Counted from the first letter of the stretch, positions 42,151 through 56,280 are shown. The stretch is DNA of 64,000 bases from Chrysomallon squamiferum (GCA_012295275.1 CM022669.1:248001-312000); one strand, 5' to 3'. Notes: generated by a model not told the origin, from the sequence alone. Program-made: numbers and translations.

Positions 42151-44312
42151 ATTTTTATCACATTTTTCTTAATTTTTTCATACTGGTTTTATGAATGAAT
42201 ACATTTTTGATGACATCCCACTTACCATATTCATCAAGTAACAGATGATGAAAATAATAAAATATTGTATAATAATTTTTAAAATGCTTAAATTTACAAA
42301 TCTACCAGCAGATAAACAGCAAAAATAATGTATGGAATGTAGCATCTGGTGTTGTTGTTGATTTTTTTGTAATACAAACATGTTATTTATCCACTATTCA
42401 CTTATCAAATGTTGATTTATTCAAATACTGATTTATTTGTCATTTATCCAAATATTATTTATTTAGCATCATTCTTTTATTCATAATCATTCATTTACTC
42501 AGGTCAGATATTATTTCAAATATTCATTTATTAGTATCACACAAATATTGATTTATTCAGTCTCATACATTTATTAAACATTCATTTAGGCATGCAATTC
42601 TTCTTTTTTTTTTTATCATTTTCTCACTATGAGTTTAATGAGCCAGCTTGTTCTTGCCTGAAATTAAAAGTATTGATCGGTGTTGAAATTTTCCAGTTGA
42701 ATAATTAAGGCATGAAAGTAAAGTTGGCAGCACTCACTCAGTTTATGATACACTGAGACACATCCAGTCTTTATGGTTAAATGTTGGTGCAGAAGTTACC
42801 CACAATTATACTGAAATAAAACTACTATAATTCCTTAACTTACTACAACACAGTTTTTAACAGACAGCTTTTTTGTGCATGGCTGATATCCTGCTGTAGT
42901 TAGAAAATTATTTACATATTTCCTTTCAGTAAATGTGGTGTTGTGATGGAGACAGGACTAAGAAGTAGTAGCATTTACCTGATAATCATTTAGGGAAATG
43001 TGGTCAGTTTGGTTAATGAGAAAACTATTTTTTTATATCTGAAACCAGTTGTCAGCCAACTGACAGAAGTCTGAAATAAGCTATTAATTATGATTCTTTG
43101 GCTGTCAGTCATGTATGATAGAGGATACACCCATTCTACTAATTAAATTCATTAGTAAATGAGTGTGCAAAGAAATACTGGAGCTAGGAAAAATGTTTTT
43201 CCACTTTAGAACCATCAGTCAAAGAGATCGTAACAAATCAGAGTGAAACAAAGCCAAACAAATTGTCTACAATAATGACAAGTGTTTAGCACTCATCTGA
43301 CCTTAAACAAAATCAAAGAAAACATTTCTGTTAATTATAATGATGAGATATAATGATTTCTTTATGACTGTAACTTTGTGAGTTTGTTTACTGTGATTTG
43401 AATGGGGTATTTCTTGGACTTGCACATAAGTCTGAACATGTATAAATTATTCATGAATGTGAAATACAATATATCTGTTCTTTATAAGAACATTTTTAAT
43501 ACTATATTAAGTCTTTAATGATAACTTTACTGTACAGTGAGAAACAAGTGAATTAGGAACAAACTACTATAGACAGCATTACTATGCATTTGACAGAACT
43601 CATTGTTATTACTTTAATGGCAAATTCTATAGTTTGTTGGTGAGCGGGTATTTGCATAGACAAAAAATTCATGTGAGATAGTTTTCACAGGAGAGAATAA
43701 ACACATCAGCAAAATATTGCCTTGAGCTTTATTATAAAGTGGCCAAAGTTGTTATTCATGTAGATAAACATTGTAAATGTATTATCATTTGTTTAAATTT
43801 AAAATTTAATAGAATAAACTCCTTGGATGTCTTGTGCTGTACTTATTTTTTGTCTGTTATTGACAAATGCTGCAGCGAAGTTGTAATCTCTTTATTACTA
43901 GACTCTACAGTTAATCTCTCATCATTTATTATGTTCTCAGTGGCAAGAATAAACTATTAATAATGTTTGTTTTTCTCTTTAATTTCTTCACTGAGATTTC
44001 ACCTTGTATAAGTATAATGATGATGATTTTTTTATTAATAGATGATGAGTAAAATTGAATGGATGAATGTTTTCTTTGTTAGTCTGTTTTGGTATTTTGA
44101 TGAATAAATGATTCATGCTTGACCATTTTTGGATGGAAAGATAGAACAGAAAAATTAATAATTGACTTGTTTTCATATTTTCACATTTTATAGACAAACT
44201 AAATAATGAATAGATTGATAGTAACTGTATGAAAGGATGAATGGAAACTGAATGATGTGTTATATTTCTGAATATTGATGTAAAATTTAAAATGTTCTGT
44301 CCTGTGTTGCAG

Positions 44313-44345
44313 CATTGGCAGTGTGCAGTCATTAAACAAAGGCCG
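44313..44345 (+). CDS. NCX: NCX small exon, 33 nt, phase 2-2 (S-IGSVQSLNKG-R)
   Basis: Acceptor ttctgtcctgtgttgcag, donor CCG|gtgagt. Length is a multiple of 3 and the required frame is open. Confidence 0.72.
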
Positions 44346-45985
44346 GTGAGTAACAACATCATGTTATTCATGCTTTAGTACCAATCCTGCATGTTACCTC
44401 CCTTTAACAGCTCTTCTAACATTAAAGTAGTTCGTGCTAAAAAGGTAGAAAATGAAGAGATAATATTTATTTTTAGTTTTTGTTTATTTTGATTTTCAAA
44501 GAAAACGTAACCTCTGGTTTGTTCCTTTTATTTATTTTTATTTTTTGTAGAAATCCCAGATTTTTATTTCAGCTTTCTTCATTTTGACTTTAATGTTGTA
44601 AATCTGTAAATTTTAATCAGCAGTAAAACTTACCGTATAATTATTTGTTTCATTTCATTTCTCTTCAGTTTATGTATTTAATTTTAATTTATTCATTTAG
44701 ATGAATTATAACTAAATGTTAATAAATTGTAGTCTTTTAGAAAATACTTTTCTAAAAAAAAAAGTAATTTATAAATGCATTTAATAAAAAGGTTTCATTA
44801 GTAATAAAATAAATCTTGAAATTTAAATATTTTAAAATAATTTATAAACTATAATGAATTTTCATGAGAACTCAATGATTCCATTTAAAAATTCATTTTT
44901 AAATACTTTATCATAATAATTAAATATAACATATTTATTAATTTACTTTTATAGATTTTTAATTTATTTTAAAAAGTAAATTATTTGTTTTTTGTTTGTT
45001 ATTTTTATGAATTTCATTGATTCCAAAAAATAATGACTAACATTGTAAATTATTGTAAATGAAAAATACAGTCAGTCCATCATTCCTTGTATTAGATGCT
45101 TTAATTTAACATAATGGCTATTTAATTAAAATAATATATTTAAAATTGTTTTCTGAAAAAACAATGTTTGTTTTATTATAATGATTTATTTATTATAATA
45201 ATTGTTGTTGTTGTTATAATTTTATTTATTTTCGAGCTAAATGCAACATTTTTGTCTTTTTAGTTCTGGTATTGATAATTAAATTATTGTTTGTACTAGA
45301 TCTGCTTGCTTGTATGCAATTCATGTTACAAGTGCATGCAGTATGCTTCAGCAGAGTAACACTATTATAGTATTAGTTACTAACATTTTAAAACTAGTTT
45401 TGCTCTAAATAAAAAATCAGTTAAGAATTTCATTTAATTTTTGATCAACTTCAAACAAAGACATAAATTTATACATTTTTATAAAAGTAATTTTGGATTT
45501 TAAATTAGTAAATAATAAAAATGCAGTTTTGATTTTTAAAGTTTAACAAAATAAAAAAGATCTTAAATATTTTATAATTGTTTGATTTTTGGTTTTTATT
45601 TGTTTAAAAAGTTTATTTCTATAATATATTTTCTGTTTTTCATTAAGAGCAAAAAGTATTTCAGTTGCAAATTAAAGTACAACAAAAATCAAATTAACTT
45701 TATTTATTTACCATCAGCAGAAATATAAATAAAGAATATATATTTATTTTCTTCTTTTATACACTTAAAAAAAGAAAAACAATTACTTATTTAAATTAAA
45801 TCCATAAACTCAAATAAAAAGAAATTAAAAAATTTGATAAACAGCCATTTAATTAATTAATTTATTTATTTTATTTTATTTTATTTTATTAATTTTAATG
45901 CTTTAACATTTTGGCAAAGCTCTGTAGCATTGACTGCTTGTGTGGAGTTTTATGATGTATTTGTTATTTGCATTGTGACTGCTAG

Positions 45986-46048
45986 GAGGAATACCATTTT
46001 CGAAGAACGGAGGATGTCTAAAGGAGTTCCAAGCCTACCTCCTTTGAG
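45986..46048 (+). CDS. NCX: NCX small exon, 63 nt, phase 2-2 (R-RNTIFEERRMSKGVPSLPPL)
   Basis: Purine-rich island with CpGs. Acceptor ttgtgactgctag, donor GAG|gtaact. Open and frame-symmetric. Confidence 0.75.
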
Positions 46049-46780
46049 GTAACTCTGAATACATTAACATAAATTATGTAGATTAAATCAAATCAGTGTA
46101 ATTTGATTAATGGACTTCAAAAATTATACTGATTTGTCTCAGCCTGATTTTATTTGTTTATTTATTTATTTATTTATTTGCATTTAATATTTAAATTAAA
46201 ATACCAGTATAAAGATCATTAATCAAGATGAAAACTGTATGGAGTGAAGATCGAAATAAACAAATAAAGAATATAAAATAAAAGAAATGTTTCCTGTTTT
46301 CAGGAAACGATATCAAATTAATTTTCATCTGATTTAGGCTTTCTTTAAATGTTCAAAAACATTTTTATTTAGTTCAATAGAAGGAAAGGAAAGTATATTA
46401 AAGTAGCTCTGTTGTCATACTTCATTATTATTAACAAAGAATGGTTACTAGGAGGAATAGCTAATTTTAAGTAAGTGTCTCTAGTTATTAATCAATCACT
46501 GAAGTCAGAAAAAATTACTTAGGCAATAATAAGCTAGTACCTCAGGAATGATATAAAATAAATTACTCAGAGTAAAAATGTATTTAGCATAAATTTTAGT
46601 GCCTCCAGAAAGATATGGATCAGTTATATAAAACATATATTATTTTTGCCTGAGCCACATTGTTTAGTTTTAGTTTGAATTTTCAAACTTTGTTATATTT
46701 TCTCAACTTGTTTGTTTGTTTATAACTGTTTTAATCACTGTTTCTGTAATACCAGACATAGACATAATTTAGTTTGTAAC

Positions 46781-46860
46781 ATAGAAAAAAGTTTTCAAAA
46801 TTATTTCTAAAAATTTACAGAAAGATGGTAAGTCAGACCATCTTTTGTATAAAAACAAAT
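46781..46860. repeat. left arm of a long-range intronic inverted repeat (partner 59479-59556)
   Basis: About 70 of 80 positions match the reverse complement of 59479-59556 by hand alignment. Confidence 0.9.
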
Positions 46861-47614
46861 AACTGTTGGTAGATTTTAGTTTAATGAACCGAAAATTATA
46901 GAATGTTAACATGTTTATTTGAAAGAATATGTAAAATTATTGTGTGTAACTAATTATTTGTCTGTTCCAATGTATGTTTGTGTGTATTTACATCTATTCT
47001 TCATTTATGTTTTTAAATCTTAAAATATTTTTTATTAATTTTTTTCATTATTTTCTTCTAAATTGATTTGATAAAACAGTTTTTTACTTCTAACACTTTT
47101 TAAACTCATGTTTCATGACATTTCGTAGCATATAATAATTAATAATATATATATATATATATATATATTTTAATAAAATTATTTAAACTTTACATATTTA
47201 CATATTTGTTGTAAATGTCTGTTTTGTGAGGAGATGTTTATATTATGCATACATATTTGTATAACCTCTTCCCACAATATATATAATTTTCATTTGACAT
47301 TTTATGATATTTTCTTATTTAGAAAGTGCAGATTTTATCCTTTTATGCCAAAAATTAAAATATAAGCTTTAAAAAAACATTAAGATATAGTTTTTCATAA
47401 ATGAAAACAAAGTTATTGCATTTTAAAATCAGTACATTTTGATGCAAGAAGGGTGTAGTGGTAAGTATTCAGGTTGTTCTTATTTTATATATATACACAT
47501 ACATACATACATGTATATATATATATAGAAAGAGAGAGAGAAAGAAAACAGATATTACATGCCTATTCCCCACCCTAAAATGACATCTGTATTTATTAAA
47601 TTCCAAACTTTTCT

Positions 47615-48380
47615 GTGTATTTTTGTAGATATTGTATTTATCTAGTATTGTGTATTCTTTTATAGTGCAGATATTGTATTTATCTAGTATTGTATTGTTT
47701 TATTGTAGACATTACATATATCTAGTATTGCGTATTTGTCTAGTGAAGATATTAATTTATCTAGTCTTGTGTATTTTTCTAATGTAGATACTGAGTTTAT
47801 CTAGTACTGTGTCTTTTTTCTGGTGTAGATATTGTATTTACCTAGTATTCCGTCTTTTTTCTAATGTAGATAATGTATATATCTAGTAATGTGTTCTTTG
47901 TCTAGTGAAGATATTTTATTTAGTGTTGTATTGTTTTAGTGTAGACATTACATATATCTAGTATTGAGTATTTTTCCAGTGAAGATATTGTATTTATCTA
48001 GTATTGTGTATTTTTTCTAGTTTAGACATTACATATATCTAGTACTATGTATTTTTCTAATGACGTTTTGTATTTATCTAGTACTGTGTATTTTTTCTAG
48101 GGTAGATATTGTATTTATCTGGTATTGTGTATGTTTTCTAGTGTAGACATCACATAGATACATAGATCTAGTACTGTGTATTTTTCTAATGAACATATGT
48201 TTTTAATCTAGTACTGTGTATTTTTTCTAGAGTAGGTTTTGTATTTATCTTGTTTTGTATTTTGTCTAGAGTAGGTTTTTAATTTATCTTGTATTGTGTA
48301 TTTTTTCTAGAGTATGTTTTGTATTTATCTTGTGTTGTGTATTTTTTCTAGAGTAGGTTTGTATTTATCTAGTATTTTAT
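47615..48380. repeat. diverged minisatellite, ~40-bp unit (tgtagatattgtatttatctagtattgtgtattttttctag)
   Basis: About 19 diverged tandem copies. Confidence 0.93.
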
Positions 48381-51300
48381 AGATTTATACTCAGGCATTC
48401 ACTACTACTATATAGTTTACCATCTTAGTGCACTTCTTTTCATCACAACAAGAAGAATATTTTTCACATTAAAATAAATGTTTGAATTGTCAAGAGCATT
48501 AAACTTGTATTAGTTAATAATTTATCGACATATTTCAATATCTAAAATTCTATTTTATCAGATTTACAATAATTGATTTTTGTTGATGTTGAATTTAATA
48601 ATAGGATAGAAAATATTTTATTATTATTATTTTTTTAATTATCCCTTTGACAATGATCAATAATGCTTGACCATGTATGTGATGGTTGTATAAGTAGATT
48701 TAACATAATTGTTATTTTGTGTTTTAAATATTTATTAATTATTTAAATAATATATTTTATTTTAATTTAAACAAAAGAGTTTGTTTTGGTTTCTTGTTGT
48801 TGTTTTTTTCTATGCATGTGTTATTTTTTATTTTTTTTTTATTTTTTTTTTTTTTAATTCTTGGAGACAATTTAAAGTTTCTTCCCTTTTAAATTCATGA
48901 TAGGTTTTTTTACATTCACTCTATGACAGTTCATCTTTTAACTGGATTTTCAAGAAAGTATTGTCAGTCACTGAAAATATCACATCATACTGGTTTTAGG
49001 CTGAAAATAATTTTCTAAATCTAGTATTTGGAAGCTGACATCCTGTATTTACAAAGCTGGCAGCCTTATGTTTGCAAACATATTCTGCCTTATGTTCTTA
49101 ACCATTATGTGAGTTAATTATTTTGGTATTACATTTGTTAACCTTAATTTCTATATGTAAATACAAAAGTTTCTATTTTGGCTGAAGGACATAGACCCAA
49201 AAATATGTTTTTTATTTGAAAAGGTTATACCAGAAACTGTGAAGAGATATGTGTTTGTCTTATATTTATTTTGGCATAAATACAAATGTCTGCCTACACA
49301 TTCATCTGTGATCCATTGTGGTTGAATAAGGTTTATAATATAGGATTCATTGTGGCAAATTAAGTTTATTATCTTGTCAATACCAAAGAAAATAAAATCA
49401 CTGATTTAAAGTTAATTGTGGTGGATTAAGATTTAGTATTCATTAATAAAAGAAAGGACAGAAATATTCATGCATATAAATTTCTTTAAAAATAATTTGA
49501 TTATATTAACTGACAACAGGTGATAAATTAATAAATGAAAATAAATAGAACTCAGTGATAATAATAATAACAACAACAACAACAACAAAATAATAGTATA
49601 ATCCGATAAATAAATACATAAAATAAATAAAATAATTCTAATAAAAATTAAAGCAAAAAAGTAGTAAATAATAAATAAATAATTAAAAAATGATAATAAT
49701 AAAGTAAAAAATACTGAGAACAACAAATATAATAAAAATAGTTTAAAACAGAATAAATATTTTTCTTTCACACTACTTCTTTTTATTCAGTTATCATACA
49801 GTTAAAAATGTGTTTATTTTCCCTTGTACCTGAACAAGGACCAAAAACAAAATGTGTGATTGATAGTTTTTTCCCCTTTGTTTTTTTCTCTCCTGTATAT
49901 CTAACTGGAGTCCTGATTAATTCAGTATGTTCTTTGAGCACATTTCCCCCAGCTGCCATTTCTCTTTCTATTTTAAAATATCTTGACTTCAAGCTGAAAA
50001 TGTTAGTGATGCTACAAGCCTCACTATTCCAATCCCTTGAGGCTAGTTAATGTATGTTTTTCATCCTAACAGAAATAGAGTCATGGTAACCTTACTGATA
50101 AAAGACTGAAATGTTAAATTTGTTAGTCATAAATAATTATAGGTGGAAATGTGGATATCAAAAAGATTAAAATTAATTTTCAGTGTTTTCTGGTGTCAGA
50201 AGAAAATAAAGATTTTGAAAATGGGTAGTGTTATTTTTGAAGCACCAGTTGTATGAGTAAAAAAACATGTTTATTTTTTATTATTTAGATTAAATTACAC
50301 AGCAAGCTTCTTCTTACTGACACCTTTTATTTATTTTATAACCACCTCACCAATCATGTGCCACGTCATTCTCAGTGTATGTTATTGTTATTTTTTTTTT
50401 ATTTCAACTAAGTATTTGTATTGGAAAAATAAAATAAAATATTGTTTTGTTATGTGTAAAAGAGATAAGAATTAGTAAATTCATTTTTACAGTCAACAGA
50501 CACAAATATAATAGAATCAGTTATGTTATGAAATAATGATATATACATTCAGGGAGATTCATTTTTAGAATGCAGAATTTTAAAAATACTATTTTGTCAG
50601 CTTATAAATTAATTTATTCATAAAAAATCAGACTTATTTCATGAAGTTATTATATTTTTTTAAATACAAAGAATGCTGAAATATGAATGTTCATTTTATT
50701 TTTAGTGAATTTTAATAATAAAAATAGTTTCATTTCAAGTTAATTATTTAAAAATGTTATATTTACAAGTAAAAAATGGAAAGATGTAAAGAATGTTTAA
50801 ATATATGTGTTTATCACCCCCCAAAAAACCCCTGATAGATTCTTCAAGAAAAGAATGACATAACTAATGGTTATAATGACTTTAAAAGTAAAACATTTTT
50901 CTTTTACACTTGTTTTTAAGAAAAACAAAAATGAAAACAGAATTACTTTAAAGAAAAAAACAAACATTTAGTCATGAAATAAATAATATTATATATATTT
51001 TTTATCATCACTGAAATAGATGGATATATCTTGATTTAGATAGGTGATGTGTGTTTAGTTTTGTAAATGTCAAGATACCAGCCAATTCTGTATCATTCAT
51101 ACACATAAAATATTTGTATTCAGTGAAAAACTGAACATCTGTCTCCATGGAAAGTGGTCTGTCTGTCTATGTACACAAAGTAAACTGTATGATGCTCATA
51201 TCACAACTCGATACATTTTTCTGTCTTTCTGTCTGTTTGTCTCTGTGAAAACACTTAGCTGTCATTCAGTTCACAACTCAACATCAGTTCGTTCAGGTTG

Positions 51301-52593
51301 GTCGTAAACAAAAATGCTTTGTAGAAGTTTGTATCACGTATAATATGAAATCAAATTGTGTTTTATTAAGACATTTGCAGTTTTTATTTAAAAAACATCT
51401 ATTATAAAATAATAAGACTACTAAAAGCAAACAAAGAAAAAAGTAGTTTAATAATAAATACATTTTCAGAGAACTCATCACAGTGTGACAGTGTAAACAC
51501 TCATTTTGTTACTAAAAGCAAAACTGATTTATATTACAAATAAAAATGTCTAGTTATAGTTAAAATAAAATAAAATATTCACAATAATCCTACAGTACAG
51601 TATCTAAATATGTATTAACACAATCCATCCATAACATTCTTTTTAGCAAACATCAACAACTTGGACAATAATTAGTTTCAAGTTAACTTATGAATATGTA
51701 ACAAATTTTAAACACTTATCTACTGATGTTAAATATTTATCAGTTTAAATCAGATTATACTGTTTTATTTTAATTAATTATTTGATTAATAAATGACTTC
51801 ATATTGTTTTGAAAACTTCTTAAGAAATTAATTATTTGAAAACAATTTTTGAAAACGGTTTAACTATAAATTATAAAAGTTAATCATTTTCTTTAGAAAA
51901 AAAAAAATATATATATATATATTTTTTAAATAAACATGTCCATAATAATCAAAAGATTTATGGTTTTAAAATAATGTTTCATACTGAGCTTTTCAAAATT
52001 TTTGTGCCTTGTATATATTTTTCTTTTGTCTTTTTCTTAATCATTGACTTTTATTTAAATTTTTAAAAAACAATTTTTTCTATCTTTTCCATCTGTTCTG
52101 TGCTCTTTAATTTCTATTTTAAACCTTCTTTCATCTTTTTCCATTTTGAGTTTCTATGACTAAGTACATCTGACATTAAGATGATTATAAATACCTTATA
52201 CAGACAGACCAGAATCTTTTTTCTTTGTCTTTTCTTTCTTTCTTTCTTTCTTTCTTTTTCTTCTCTTTTTTCTTATAGAAATATCATTTATAGAATTGAA
52301 TGAAGAGAAAATTAAAATAGACAATTTTTGTGATGTCTGATGGAAATTTCTTGAAATCATTATGAAATCATCATGCACCGAATAATACAGATTTAATTTT
52401 TAATGTCACTACTTATGGGATTACATAGGAAGTCTTCTTGTGTAATATGATTTTATTTTAAAATGAAAATAAAAAAAATCTGTATGTAAAAATTACAAGC
52501 ACACATAATACAATAATAATTAACATGGAGAATGGTAATATACATAATAAGTCATATGATATATGTATTTGATATTTTATGTCATTATTTAAG

Positions 52594-52683
52594 GGGGTCA
52601 TCTGGAAATGCACAGGACCCAGCAAGCAGTGAGGATGCAAGTAAATCTGATACAAGACCAACTCGGGTTTCCTTCTCTGAAAG
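52594..52683 (+). CDS. NCX: NCX duplicated exon A, 90 nt, phase 2-2 (R-GSSGNAQDPASSEDASKSDTRPTRVSFSE)
   Basis: Acceptor atgtcattatttaag, weak donor AAG|gtaccc. Frame is open. Gap-free homology to 56491-56580. Confidence 0.78.
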
Positions 52684-55600
52684 GTACCCATTCTTTGCAT
52701 TTCAGTAGCACATAGCCATTTAGATTTTTACAAAAAAAGGAACAAAAAAAGAACAAAAAAAAAGAGTAAAGAAGAGATTTTTAAAAACACAGTAGATCAG
52801 TAGTGTATTGGTTAGTATTAGTAATATTTTGCATGGTTAAATTATTAACCAACAGCCTTCAGAATGTTTTCTTTTGAAATTTGTTTTATTGTAAAATAAT
52901 ATTTAAAAAATACATATTATTATTAATTATTATTATTTCTACTATCAGATTTTTCTTTGAATTCTCTGTTAATGCAATATTTAAAATAACAGTTCCTCAG
53001 ACTATAAAAAAACAACTATATATTTTAATTTTTCAGGATTTAATGGGTCTAACAAATTTTCTTTCTTTCTTTTTCCCTGCTGTCTGTTTTAGATAGGAAA
53101 TACACATTTTTTATTTCAAAAATTGAAACAGTCAGGAAATGAAACTGTTTAGCGTCTAAAGACAAAAAAATAGTAACAGTTAAAACAGTTAACATAATTT
53201 CTATTACTATTTTACAGTTCCCTACAAAAAACTTGTAATGAAGACTAAACATCAAATTTAATATATGAGCACTAAAATGATTTTGTTAGAAGCTACAAAT
53301 TTCTTATGACAAAAAAATATATTATTTAGTATTAGAATAATAAATACAATTAAGGTAACAAATATATGTCGTATATGTTATAGTTAATATAACAGAAATG
53401 CTAACTGCTAATTGGAGAAATATTTCATTAAAAAATAATAATAATAATAAAATTAAATTAAAATAATAATAAAATATAGTAACAACAACAACAGAGAAAT
53501 AAAAAGAAATTGTCCAGACTCTCACCACCAAACTAGTTAACATGTGTTGATGACATTTTGCAGTAACAATGCACTGTTGGTACAGAATTTACATTCTGGA
53601 AGCAGAAATATGCATTATTAAAAGTGTGTCATGAATGTATCATGTGAGGTATAACAAACATATATGTACTGAACAGCAACAGGTTGTTGTTGCAGTAACC
53701 TACCTCAAAGCAAGAAATAGTTTACAACTAAATCCATTATGAAGAAAATATTTTTTATTGCATCTGTATCCAAGTTAGCAGTTCAAGTACAAGTGATATT
53801 GTATTTAGATACATCTTTAGTTTCTTTTATTGTTATATTTCTTATACTGTACATCAGTGAATTAAAATAGTGGGGAAAAGACAGAGAAAGAAAGAGAGAT
53901 AGTGAGAATGACATAAACAGAAAGGGAATGACAGTGAGGCTGAGAGAAAGCATATGAAAGAAAGGAAGACAGAGAAAGGAAAGAATACAAGAAAGAAAGC
54001 ATGAAAGAGTGACATAAATAAGAGACAGTGTAGCAAAACTGAAGCTGATTACTTTCATCTTTCATTTTTACTCACATAGATAAAGTCTGTTACATTTAAA
54101 CTAAAACTATTATACATCAAAGCTTTGACAAAATAGATCATGTTCTTTTCCTGTTGCCAGTTAACTGTAATTTTTTCATATAATTAGTTGAGCAGTCTTG
54201 AAAACTTTGAATTTTTATTTGAATTATAAAGGTTTTGTAACAGATTATTTTTATTAAAAGATATATTTTTCTGTTTCTCTCTATTTATCTGAAACTTTTT
54301 CTCACTTAATGCCTATATCTTTATTTTGCTGCCTTTTTTTAATCTTTTTTTGTAATCTATGTATCAAGGTTATCAAGACGTGTGTGTGTGTGTGTGTCAT
54401 AATAAATGACTCAATTCACTTATTAGTAGACACAAATAATAATCTTGTTAGCTGCATATATTATCACAAGATGCATGGCATAACTGTATATTAAGCTTTC
54501 AAAGAAGTGTGATCATTCCTCTGGTATGGTATCTAATTATGTTAAAATTGCCATCATTGTTTAAGAGGTGATCATACTGTCAAATTTGTTTACCATTGTT
54601 GACAAAACTAATTACTATGTAACTTGTTCTTTAAACTAGTCATTTTCCTAATGTTAAATGATAAACAAACAAGAATGCATATTCAGTAGAATAATATAGT
54701 TTTATTTCATGTATGTGTACAGAGTGAGAATCTATGTAATAATTAAAAGACAAACTTTCATTCAGTGATTGCTAGTTGCACAAGGAAAGTTAGTTCTGAT
54801 ATTTAGTGCTAAAGTCTTAAGATTGTGAATATGGTGATAAGCTTAATTCTTTGATAAACCCAACCATCAAAACTTGTGCAGGGAAAACCAAACACATTCA
54901 TTACTTTCAAATTGATATTTTTGTCTCCCCCAAAAAACTTAACTTAAAAGGTATATAGATACAGGTGTTAGTTAGATACACTGGATGTTGTCTTAGCTAT
55001 TTTGTTGTATTGCTGACATTTTTCACAGTGTGCAGAATAGTCATTACAGTCATCAGTCATGCCTTTCCAGAAAAAAACAGCTCTTTAACTTCTGCCGTAT
55101 TTTCTCCCACGGCAAAACATACTTCTGTTAACTCTTTATAATGGACAGATTGTATAATTTTAGCTTTCTCAGACACCTTAAGCACTTACACTGGGATAGC
55201 ATCAACAGAATAATAATAATGTAAGAGTCCATCTTTTACTGAACAGCACTGGGCTTCTTGTGAAGTGTTATTTTCTGATTTTTGGAGTAATCCTCAGGAT
55301 ATTTTCCTTCAATCAATTAGGTCAAGAACATGTTAATCCTCGTCATCATAATCACTGGTGTATATCAAAATGAATCAGTGGACTTGCTTTGACACTTCAG
55401 GTTCAAACATGTGACTCAGGTCCTGACATTTGAAAACAACTTCAGAAGAATGTGTAACACTTTAATTAAAAGACCGAGGCACAATGCAACATGTTTCAAA
55501 GAGAGAGCATGCATAATCCTACAACAGGATTAAGATAATAAAAGAATTATCAATAATAAATGGACTTAGGGATGAATGTTGTCACCTTCATTTATACATA

Positions 55601-56225
55601 AATCCAGATTAGTCAAAGGCAGGTTTTTGCAAAGTCCACTATATATATATATATAAATAAAATCTTCAAAAAAAAATGATATTCTTCAGCTTCTGAATAA
55701 TCTTTCAGTTGTCCAGATTATGATAACTCTGAAATCAAATATGATTGTCAGTTCTCAGTTTTAAAATAAAATCATACCCTGTGTATTCATTTTTAAATAA
55801 TGTATTTTCTAACTTAATGGGAAGAAATGGTAAATCCTTATATTCACTCATTATTTTGTATTTTGTAACAAAAAATGAAAGTAAAATAATAATTAAAAAA
55901 TAATATAATAATCAGATGACAAAGAAAAAGATGAATATTTTCAACAAAGGAATTCTCATTTACTAACTGTTGTAATTATTTGTTAAAAAAATTCTTTAAA
56001 ATACCCTGCTCAAATCAGAGCAAACTGAACATTTGACTAAAGGAATTTGTATGTGCATTTGTGTATATGCATGATTTTAAAATAAAATTTCTGGTTTTGT
56101 GTGTTTGTGTATTTGTGTGATATGGTATACTTAATTTAAAACTAATCAATACACTCAGTTTTTAAAATGTATGCAATTATGTTTAGAGACCTCTGCCTGT
56201 ACATATTCACACACACAACATACTT

Positions 56226-56226
<1 letters not shown>

Positions 56227-56280
<54 letters not shown>
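56227..56280. repeat. (CA)n microsatellite upstream of exon B; other CA/GT tracts at 14170-14233, 24054-24087, 25837-25878, 62617-62695
   Basis: Seen directly. Confidence 0.95.
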
